Assembly (NCBI GenBank): GCA_964252035.1
Contig: OZ176209.1
Strand: one strand, 5' to 3'
Source of the DNA: Podarcis erhardii
Taxonomy: Eukaryota
Length of the DNA stretch: 64,000 nt
The notes beneath the pieces were generated by a model. It did not search any database. It was not told the DNA's origin and worked only from the letters and a program-made list of their open reading frames with translations. The translations under genes were made by a program, and so were the position numbers. This document shows positions 61,301 through 64,000 of the stretch, piece by piece. The first letter of the stretch is position 1; every line of letters starts with the position of its first letter.

Positions 61301-64000
61301 TGTGCAAATAACAACTCAATATATAAATTCAGCACCCCAAATGGACAAGCAGACCTGTCTAAGACTACACCACTTGAAGTTGCAAATGGATGATCCTATG
61401 TTGGAATGCTGCCCACAAAAGGGAGGATATATTTGAATGTTCAACTTACTTGACTATAATATCTAGCTGTAAGGTAATTGGTATTATCCACCCTGTAAGG
61501 TAAATTGGTATTACTGTCCCATTTCAGGTGATGGGATGGGGCAAGGTGGAGAGACAGCATCTTATCTCAGGCCACCTAGTGATTTGATGGTAGAGGCAAG
61601 ATTCTAATCAGGACCATCCTGAGTCACAGCTGAGTCTCTGAATTTCTATACTAAATGCACAATCTCTCATGCAGAAAGGCAGCATTTCAAGGTTCTTTGT
61701 ATAAACTTGTGCCTAATTTAAGCACACATTCATATTTATCATTACAAACTGCAAACAGTCCAAATAATGTGAACAAAGAAAGTGAAGTGTGCGTTGAAGT
61801 TTCCCCCATATTTTGAATCATTCTTTTCACATCTCCAGAAGCAAAACATATTTGAAAATAAAAGTAACTCTGACTTACATACACAGGTTAACAGCTATTT
61901 ATTATTTTCCTACTACACAGGACTTTAGGTAAATTCACATACTATTGCTGATCTGTTTCAGCAACTGGGTTGCCTGGCTGCCACCAATACAAAAAATAAA
62001 AAGGCTTATGGACAAGACAAGAGCAACATACAATGTATCCAACAAAGTCGTCTCATTTGCACAAGGACTGAAATGCACAATTTAACTTTTCCTCCCTCTC
62101 CTCTTCCTGTGCCCCTCACCCAAATCTGCACACAGGGAGGAGGAAGGGGAAATTCCACTGCGCAAGCATAAGTCCTTGCATGAACAGAACAACTTCACTG
62201 GATACAACCCAACAACCTTGACCTTGCTCCCATGACTCTCAATACACTATGAGTGTGGTTAACAAATACAAAGACAGAACATTTATTGTTGATTTTGAAA
62301 GGAAAAATATTTACTATAGCACTGGTAGAGCAACACCCTAATCTCAAAGGGCTGGTCTTGCAGGAAATGTTGACAAAAACCAAATATATTTTATTATATA
62401 TTTCATAATTCCTAACTCCCAGTATACTGGCCACAAAGCTGATCAAAAACCACAAGCATAACACAACAGCAAGAGAAAGGAAGCTGATCCCCATATGTGT
62501 TGCATTAACTGCAGCCAAACCACCAGAAGTGGGAGGGAGGGTCTGCATGCAATATACTGTTTCAGATGATGCTGTTTCAGACAGATGTGGCATGATGGTA
62601 TACACTGTAATAGTTCCCCATCTGTACAATGAAAATAATTGTTATTCCCTATAAGGGCTTTCTAGAGCAGTGTTTCCCAACCTTGGACCTCCAGCTGTTT
62701 TTGGACTACAACTCCCATCATCCCTAGCTAGCAAGACCAGTGGTCAGGGATGATGGGAATTGTAGTTCAAAAGCAGCTGGAGGCCCAAGGTTGGGAAACA
62801 CTGTTCTAGAGCAATCATAGAGCTTTTATCAGGGCCTAACAAACTTATATAGTGGAAATATTTAAGCCAGAACTCAGCTGTGGCAGTCCCTGCATTGATT
62901 GCTACAGGTTCAGATACAACCAGTGACGGTAATTGAAAACACAACACATCTGGCACCTATTCTATTAATGGCTGCCTGTTTCAGTTCCAAGTATGCTGCT
63001 CCCAGCAGAAAGCTCTCTCTCTTTTTTTAAAGGGTCACAACTTTATTGAATTCAAAGGATCTGTAGTAAATTAGCACTGTAGCTAATAAATTAGCCACCC
63101 CAGTGCAGGTAACTAGATCAAAGGGATGCGAGGATGTACAATGTCTACCACCGTCTTCATCCCATGTCAGGTGACCCTACCATGGCTCAGAACTAGGCAG
63201 CATCCTGTAACTGAGCTCCCAGCACCTCAACACCCACACCCAACACTGAATAATTCAGGTTTTTGGGAGTGACTATCGATCAGGGCATGACTTGGAGCGC
63301 AAATACCACTGCTCTGGTGAAGAAGGCCCAGCAGAGAATTTATTTCCTCAGACTTTTAAAGAAGAACAATCTGAGTGAGAGACTGCTGGTGTCCTTCTAC
63401 CGAGGTTTCATAGAGAGCGTTCTTACATACTGTATTTGTGCCTGGTTCTCCAGTTGTACAGCTAGGAAGAGGAAGGTGCTCCAGAAGGTCATAACCACAG
63501 CCCAAAGGATTATTGGTCATCCCCTCCCATCTTTGGAAGAACTGTACGGTTCCCGTTGTCTTAGGAAAGCAAACAATATCCTGCAGGATGTATCTCACCC
63601 GGGATACAGTCTGTTTGTACTACTGCCTTCTGGCAGGAGATCCAGAAACATCAAGTCAAGGACAAACAGACTGAAAAATAGTTTCTACCCAAGAGCTGTG
63701 GCCTTCTTAAATGCTGTAACTCGATAGTGTGACCTGGGAGTTTGATGAGTGTGGGTGTGGGTGTGGCTGGAATGTGGTTTGTTTGGTTGTTGTTGTTGTT
63801 TTGCTTTTGTTGTTTTTAAGGGATGGCATCCAATTTCGTTGCACTTGTGCAATGTTGCACTTGTGTAATGACAATAAAGAATCTATCTATCTATCTATAA
63901 GATGACACCTAGACAGATGAAAAACAACTACATTAATCTTACCTCAGCATAGCTCCCTGTTCTGTCAATGCGATGAATAATGTCAATATTTACATTGCTT
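6366..64000 (-). CDS. UTP20: UTP20 small subunit processome component (HEAT-repeat U3 snoRNP protein), spliced CDS, exon 2 (partial) to exon 62
   Basis: 61 exons traced with GT-AG junctions and consistent phase, from ...[18 protein letters not shown]|[18 protein letters not shown] to ...[28 protein letters not shown]; peptides match vertebrate UTP20 as I recall it; tail-to-tail with ARL1 as in mammals. Confidence 0.97.
6640..6785 (-). CDS. UTP20: UTP20 exon 61
   Basis: [33 protein letters not shown]...QRALE|gttagt. Confidence 0.95.
7213..7504. mobile_element. Degenerate hAT MITE
   Basis: TIRs CAGGGGTGGGGAAC/TTTCCCACCCCTG; near-TSD CCCTAAAG/ATCTAAAG. Confidence 0.6.
7676..7802 (-). CDS. UTP20: UTP20 exon 60
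   Basis: [42 protein letters not shown]|gtaaga. Confidence 0.95.
8182..8442 (-). CDS. UTP20: UTP20 exon 59
   Basis: [14 protein letters not shown]...[14 protein letters not shown]|gtttgt. Confidence 0.94.
9657..9728 (-). CDS. UTP20: UTP20 exon 58
   Basis: [24 protein letters not shown]|gtgagt. Confidence 0.94.
9971..10167 (-). CDS. UTP20: UTP20 exon 57
   Basis: [26 protein letters not shown]...EELDKK|gttaac. Confidence 0.92.
10218..10796 (-). mobile_element. L2-clade LINE 3' fragment (ORF2 C-terminus and tail)
   Basis: ORF 10268..10813 has L2-type motifs (GLPLK..LVQN..ARLLTG, Lx[18 protein letters not shown]); (TTGA)n/(TAA)n tail. Confidence 0.85.
10910..11042 (-). CDS. UTP20: UTP20 exon 56
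   Basis: [31 protein letters not shown]...LSNIW|gttagt. Confidence 0.93.
11236..11310. repeat. Palindromic MITE-like repeat
   Basis: Arms 11236-11262 and 11284-11310 are complementary at 24 of 27 positions. Confidence 0.55.
11714..11845 (-). CDS. UTP20: UTP20 exon 55
   Basis: [44 protein letters not shown]|gtaagt. Confidence 0.94.
12157..12339 (-). CDS. UTP20: UTP20 exon 54
   Basis: [29 protein letters not shown]...WFKSDK|gtacca. Confidence 0.94.
13324..13393 (-). CDS. UTP20: UTP20 exon 53
   Basis: [23 protein letters not shown]|gtaatg. Confidence 0.94.
14092..14171 (-). CDS. UTP20: UTP20 exon 52
   Basis: [26 protein letters not shown]|gtaagt. Confidence 0.94.
14347..14457 (-). CDS. UTP20: UTP20 exon 51
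   Basis: [37 protein letters not shown]|gtttgt. Confidence 0.94.
14696..14824 (-). CDS. UTP20: UTP20 exon 50
   Basis: [43 protein letters not shown]|gtattg. Confidence 0.95.
15669..15839 (-). CDS. UTP20: UTP20 exon 49
   Basis: [18 protein letters not shown]...[12 protein letters not shown]|gtaagt. Confidence 0.95.
16127..16203. repeat. 35-bp inverted repeat with a 7-nt loop
   Basis: Arms 16127-16161 and 16169-16203 are complementary at 34 of 35 positions. Confidence 0.95.
16410..16526 (-). CDS. UTP20: UTP20 exon 48
   Basis: [39 protein letters not shown]|gtagga. Confidence 0.94.
16610..16720 (-). mobile_element. L2 3' tip with (TAG)n/(TAT)n tail
   Basis: Reverse complement matches the CCAGAGTGGCTGGG..GGGGTATAAAT terminus of the 17941 copy. 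Confidence 0.7.
17572..17713 (-). CDS. UTP20: UTP20 exon 47
   Basis: [30 protein letters not shown]...[12 protein letters not shown]|gtatgt. Confidence 0.94.
17941..18294 (+). mobile_element. L2-clade LINE 3' fragment
   Basis: Reads [17 protein letters not shown]...[22 protein letters not shown]...[11 protein letters not shown]; ends in a TAA-rich tail. Confidence 0.85.
18495..18661 (-). CDS. UTP20: UTP20 exon 46
   Basis: [20 protein letters not shown]...[12 protein letters not shown]|gtgagt. Confidence 0.94.
18938..19105 (-). CDS. UTP20: UTP20 exon 45
   Basis: [38 protein letters not shown]...LPLKE|gtaaga. Confidence 0.95.
19222..19409 (+). mobile_element. tRNA-derived SINE with a CR1-like 3' end
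   Basis: Decayed tRNA head (GAGCTCAG..GCATCTGCTTTGCA..AGGTCTCAGGTCCAACCCC) followed by GAGCTGCTGCCAGTCAGTGCAGACAAT..GATGGACC. Confidence 0.6.
19653..19754 (-). CDS. UTP20: UTP20 exon 44
   Basis: [34 protein letters not shown]|gtaagt. Confidence 0.94.
20135..20291 (-). CDS. UTP20: UTP20 exon 43
   Basis: [21 protein letters not shown]...TLVHGYQ|gtatag. Confidence 0.95.
20482..20621 (-). CDS. UTP20: UTP20 exon 42
   Basis: [32 protein letters not shown]...ENLP|gtatgt. Confidence 0.95.
20657..21014 (-). mobile_element. Full-length Sauria SINE
   Basis: GGGACGCGGGTGGCGCTGTGG tRNA-derived head, (ACCTTT)n tail, perfect 14-bp TSD CATCTCCAAAGTTA (20643-20656, 21015-21028). Confidence 0.93.
21446..21753 (-). 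CDS. UTP20: UTP20 exon 41 (acidic loop; NAGNAG acceptor, start 21753 or 21750)
   Basis: [14 protein letters not shown]...FLPRDKEEL...[12 protein letters not shown]|gtgcat. Confidence 0.9.
22173..22395 (-). mobile_element. CR1 LINE 3' fragment
   Basis: TCAGGCCAGTGGCCCATCTGGTCCAGC..GTGGCCGACCAGATGCC resembles the antisense CR1 3' end common in sauropsids. Confidence 0.65.
22546..22625 (-). CDS. UTP20: UTP20 exon 40
   Basis: [26 protein letters not shown]|gtaagg. Confidence 0.93.
23202..23341 (-). CDS. UTP20: UTP20 exon 39
   Basis: [24 protein letters not shown]...[10 protein letters not shown]|gtactg. Confidence 0.94.
23613..24020 (+). mobile_element. MIR-like tRNA SINE interrupted by a hAT MITE (23642..23774)
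   Basis: GTGTAGTGGTTAGAG head, then MITE core, then CAGCCATAAAGCTCAC..CTTCACAGGGTTGCTGT body and a (TATG)n/(TAAA)n tail. Confidence 0.6.
24332..24469 (-). CDS. UTP20: UTP20 exon 38
   Basis: [11 protein letters not shown]...[21 protein letters not shown]|gtaaac. Confidence 0.94.
24515..24683. mobile_element. Tc1/mariner (Tc2/pogo-like) MITE
   Basis: TIRs CCGTATTTTTCGCTCTATAA/TTATGGTGCAAAAATTACGG; TA on both sides; internal ATAACACGCAC x3. Confidence 0.85.
25122..25262 (-). CDS. UTP20: UTP20 exon 37
   Basis: [10 protein letters not shown]...[14 protein letters not shown]|gtataa. Confidence 0.94.
25764..25971. mobile_element. Tc1/mariner-type MITE (CAGTGGTACCTC TIR)
   Basis: TIRs CAGTGGTACCTCAGGTT/AACCTGAGGTACCACTG; TA TSD; repeated TAACCTGAA subterminal motifs. 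Confidence 0.92.
26150..26390 (+). mobile_element. Decayed L2-like 3' fragment
   Basis: GGGCTTTTTCACCAATGGAACGC..TTGAAGATGCACCTGT resembles an L2 ORF2 end; heavily diverged. Confidence 0.35.
26443..26598 (-). CDS. UTP20: UTP20 exon 36
   Basis: [14 protein letters not shown]...[10 protein letters not shown]|gtaaaa. Confidence 0.94.
26882..27034 (-). CDS. UTP20: UTP20 exon 35
   Basis: [22 protein letters not shown]...[10 protein letters not shown]|gtgagc. Confidence 0.94.
27125..27175 (-). CDS. UTP20: UTP20 exon 34
   Basis: [17 protein letters not shown]|gtatgt. Confidence 0.91.
27257..27370 (-). mobile_element. Decayed CR1 ORF2 fragment
   Basis: Reverse complement resembles the CR1 segment ending AACTGGAGAATGTTCAGAGAAAAGC. 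Confidence 0.4.
27764..27907 (-). CDS. UTP20: UTP20 exon 33
   Basis: [17 protein letters not shown]...[10 protein letters not shown]|gtactg. Confidence 0.94.
28443..28580. mobile_element. hAT MITE with palindromic core
   Basis: CTACAATTCCCATCATCCCTGACCACTGG..GCTGATGGGAGTTG core shared with 62668; decayed TIRs. Confidence 0.65.
28892..28979 (-). CDS. UTP20: UTP20 exon 32
   Basis: [29 protein letters not shown]|gtaggc. Confidence 0.93.
29654..29901. mobile_element. Tc1/mariner-type MITE, second subfamily
   Basis: Right TIR GAGGTACCACTG+TA; left TA+CATTCATACCTC; homologous to 48253. Confidence 0.85.
30003..30147 (-). CDS. UTP20: UTP20 exon 31
   Basis: [22 protein letters not shown]...[12 protein letters not shown]|gtaaat. 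Confidence 0.93.
32117..32355 (-). CDS. UTP20: UTP20 exon 30
   Basis: [22 protein letters not shown]...[21 protein letters not shown]|gtacgg. Confidence 0.93.
33041..33120 (-). CDS. UTP20: UTP20 exon 29
   Basis: [26 protein letters not shown]|gtaaat. Confidence 0.94.
34038..34122 (-). mobile_element. L2 3' tip with an expanded (ATT)n microsatellite tail
   Basis: About 17 pure ATT units abut TTTATACCCTGCCCAGCTGGCTGGG. Confidence 0.7.
34298..34441 (-). CDS. UTP20: UTP20 exon 28
   Basis: [16 protein letters not shown]...[14 protein letters not shown]|gtaagg. Confidence 0.94.
36298..36506 (-). CDS. UTP20: UTP20 exon 27
   Basis: [26 protein letters not shown]...QEREK|gtgaga. Confidence 0.94.
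37017..37315 (-). mobile_element. Older, truncated Sauria SINE
   Basis: AAAGGTAAAGGACCCCTG tail, GCGCTCATCTC, and GCACGGAAACGCCGTTTACCTT are shared with 20657. Confidence 0.8.
37702..37868 (-). CDS. UTP20: UTP20 exon 26
   Basis: [33 protein letters not shown]...KHFGN|gtatgg. Confidence 0.94.
38095..38240 (-). mobile_element. MIR-like SINE fragment
   Basis: CAGCAACCCTGTGAGGTAAG..GACTGGCCCAAGGCTACCCAATGAACTTCATG. Confidence 0.55.
38546..38671 (-). CDS. UTP20: UTP20 exon 25
   Basis: [24 protein letters not shown]...LVPVLM|gttaag. Confidence 0.94.
39121..39206 (-). CDS. UTP20: UTP20 exon 24
   Basis: [28 protein letters not shown]|gtaaga. Confidence 0.94.
39914..40004 (-). CDS. UTP20: UTP20 exon 23
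   Basis: [30 protein letters not shown]|gtgaaa. Confidence 0.94.
41257..41400 (-). mobile_element. Short tRNA(Ile)-derived SINE with CR1 3' tail
   Basis: - strand: GTTGGTTAGAGCATGGTGCTGATAACACCAAGGTTGCAGGTTTGATCCCC..GGGTCCCTTCCAAC..GATTCTATGATT. Confidence 0.8.
41816..42031 (-). CDS. UTP20: UTP20 exon 22
   Basis: [19 protein letters not shown]...KKKTRRAAS|gtaagc. Confidence 0.94.
42076..42357. mobile_element. hAT (Charlie-like) MITE, same family as 653 but inverted
   Basis: TIRs CAGGGGTCAGCAA/TTGCCACCCCCTG; perfect 8-bp TSD GGCTAGAA (42068-42075, 42358-42365). Confidence 0.92.
43113..43356 (-). CDS. UTP20: UTP20 exon 21
   Basis: [10 protein letters not shown]...[15 protein letters not shown]...[15 protein letters not shown]|gtgagt. 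Confidence 0.94.
43583..43700. mobile_element. hAT-Ac-like left end fragment
   Basis: Begins TAGGGCTGGGCGAT, a hAT-Ac-type terminus; matching right end not found. Confidence 0.4.
44210..44289 (-). CDS. UTP20: UTP20 exon 20
   Basis: [26 protein letters not shown]|gtaaga. Confidence 0.94.
44748..44874. mobile_element. Decayed hAT MITE with palindromic core
   Basis: GTGGCCCTTCAGATGTTG..CAATGGTCAGGGATGAT..ATCTGGAAGGCCA..TTCCTG. Confidence 0.55.
45311..45387 (-). CDS. UTP20: UTP20 exon 19
   Basis: [25 protein letters not shown]|gtaagt. Confidence 0.94.
46694..46852 (-). CDS. UTP20: UTP20 exon 18
   Basis: [40 protein letters not shown]...PLQE|gtaaaa. Confidence 0.92.
46966..47176. mobile_element. 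Tc2/pogo-like MITE
   Basis: TIRs CCGTATTCACTCGAAT/ATTCACATAAATATGG; TA flanks; repeated GCATTAGATTTGA. Confidence 0.7.
47561..47623 (-). CDS. UTP20: UTP20 exon 17
   Basis: [21 protein letters not shown]|gtaata. Confidence 0.93.
48056..48206 (-). CDS. UTP20: UTP20 exon 16
   Basis: [21 protein letters not shown]...[11 protein letters not shown]|gtaaca. Confidence 0.92.
48253..48501. mobile_element. Tc1/mariner-type MITE, second subfamily
   Basis: TA+CAGTGGTACC..GAGGTACCACTG+TA; homologous to 29654. Confidence 0.9.
48736..48841 (-). CDS. UTP20: UTP20 exon 15
   Basis: [34 protein letters not shown]|gtatgt. Confidence 0.92.
49096..49184 (-). CDS. UTP20: UTP20 exon 14
   Basis: [29 protein letters not shown]|gtgagc. 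Confidence 0.9.
50094..50342. mobile_element. Decayed hAT-type MITE with GGGCCGGCCC-like ends
   Basis: AGGCTGGCCCTG start and TTGGGCCAACCTTG end; internal GAGGC/CTCAGGCAGC motifs. Confidence 0.45.
51366..51521 (-). CDS. UTP20: UTP20 exon 13
   Basis: [15 protein letters not shown]...[12 protein letters not shown]|gtgaat. Confidence 0.91.
51573..51695. mobile_element. Decayed hAT MITE with palindromic core
   Basis: CAGGGATAAG..TGTGGCCTCCCAGATGTTGCTGGACCACAACTCCTATCATCCCTGACCACTGG. Confidence 0.6.
51823..52001 (-). CDS. UTP20: UTP20 exon 12
   Basis: [13 protein letters not shown]...[28 protein letters not shown]|gtatgt. Confidence 0.93.
52105..52182 (-). CDS. UTP20: UTP20 exon 11
   Basis: [26 protein letters not shown]|gtaggt. 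Confidence 0.9.
52944..53078 (-). CDS. UTP20: UTP20 exon 10
   Basis: [24 protein letters not shown]...EIVEK|gtaaca. Confidence 0.92.
53555..53791 (-). mobile_element. tRNA-derived CORE/MIR-like SINE (Squam3-like), near full length
   Basis: - strand: GAGCCAGTGTGGTGTAGTGGTTAAGAGC (A box), GGGTTCGCGACTC (B box), CTCACCTCACAGAGTGTTTGTTGTGGGG core and an L2-like tail. Confidence 0.8.
54127..54273 (-). CDS. UTP20: UTP20 exon 9
   Basis: [25 protein letters not shown]...EEVCK|gtcagt. Confidence 0.92.
54765..54920 (-). CDS. UTP20: UTP20 exon 8
   Basis: [26 protein letters not shown]...FFRCLQ|gtgagt. Confidence 0.93.
55098..55169. mobile_element. 72-bp mariner-type mini-MITE
   Basis: 23-bp TIR CAGGGTGAGTCYTTTAAAAGAGG with one mismatch; TA TSD at 55096-7 and 55170-1. 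Confidence 0.85.
55221..55435. mobile_element. Tc1/mariner-type MITE (25764 family)
   Basis: CAGTGGTAACTC..GAGGTACCATAG with TA flanks, inside a (TACA)n run. Confidence 0.88.
55454..55662 (-). mobile_element. MIR-like SINE
   Basis: ACAACAACCACATGAGGTAGG..CCCAAGGTCGCCCAGTGAGCTTCATG..CTAACCATTACACCAC. Confidence 0.65.
55941..56078 (-). CDS. UTP20: UTP20 exon 7
   Basis: [46 protein letters not shown]. Confidence 0.94.
57491..57572 (-). CDS. UTP20: UTP20 exon 6
   Basis: [27 protein letters not shown]|gtaagt. Confidence 0.95.
57692..57926. mobile_element. Tc1/mariner-type MITE (25764 family), left TIR clipped
   Basis: TACCTCAGATTAAGTACTTAATTCGTTCCGGAGG..GAGGTACCACTG+TA. Confidence 0.88.
58273..58320. 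repeat. (TTG)n microsatellite next to the UTP20 exon 5 donor
   Basis: About 16 units with one interruption. Confidence 0.9.
58332..58520 (-). CDS. UTP20: UTP20 exon 5
   Basis: [21 protein letters not shown]...[10 protein letters not shown]|gtaagc. Confidence 0.95.
58777..58956. mobile_element. CpG-rich hAT (Tip100-like) MITE
   Basis: TIRs CAGTGGCAGAG/CTCCGCCAGTG; perfect 8-bp TSD CTAGGACT (58769-58776, 58957-58964). Confidence 0.85.
59079..59211 (-). CDS. UTP20: UTP20 exon 4
   Basis: [43 protein letters not shown]|gtaagt. Confidence 0.94.
60387..60458. repeat. Pure (TAGTG)n pentanucleotide microsatellite
   Basis: 13 full units plus partial units at both ends. Confidence 0.97.
60852..60918 (-). 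CDS. UTP20: UTP20 exon 3
   Basis: tag|[22 protein letters not shown]|gtatat. Confidence 0.94.
62668..62803. mobile_element. Palindromic hAT (Charlie-like) MITE, intact
   Basis: 58-bp arms complementary at 54 of 58 positions; perfect TSD TTCTAGAG (62660-62667, 62804-62811). Confidence 0.93.
63254..63898 (+). mobile_element. Rex1/Babar-clade LINE, 5'-truncated, with intact C-terminal ORF and 3' tail
   Basis: [60 protein letters not shown]; AATAAA at 63873 then (ATCT)4. Confidence 0.85.
63943..64000 (-). CDS. UTP20: UTP20 exon 2 (cut by window edge)
   Basis: [19 protein letters not shown]|gtaaga. Confidence 0.93.

Noticed and set aside
6522-63942. Intronic snoRNAs in a ribosome-biogenesis host gene
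   Set aside because: No sense-strand C box/D box pair with a terminal stem found by eye; H/ACA RNAs cannot be excluded without a covariance-model search.

Overview
Vertebrate genomic DNA, almost certainly from a squamate reptile (lacertid-like lizard, judged from Sauria SINEs and the transposon content). It holds two convergent, intact housekeeping genes. ARL1 is on the + strand (coding exons 2-6, 278..4598; the ATG exon lies upstream of the window). UTP20 is on the - strand (61 coding exons, from a partial exon 2 at the right edge to the stop at 6366..6368). I traced both reading frames by hand through every GT-AG junction; phases are consistent and there are no stops or frameshifts. Exon numbers follow my recollection of the human genes. 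Introns contain Sauria SINEs, tRNA-derived MIR-like and CR1-tailed SINEs, L2/CR1/Rex1-Babar LINE fragments, hAT and Tc1/mariner MITEs (several with perfect TSDs), hairpins and microsatellites. Most ORF-track entries are chance ORFs or exons read into introns. I found no convincing new multi-gene system. The best leads are small: a SINE inserted at a predicted branch point, transposon ends clustering 35-51 nt upstream of 3' splice sites, NRF1/ETS-like motifs shared by unrelated MITE superfamilies, a CpG-rich MITE carrying a CTCF-like site, a young Rex1/Babar fragment, a 35-bp intronic hairpin and a coding hexamer repeat in UTP20. Repeat family names come from pattern recognition, not database searches.
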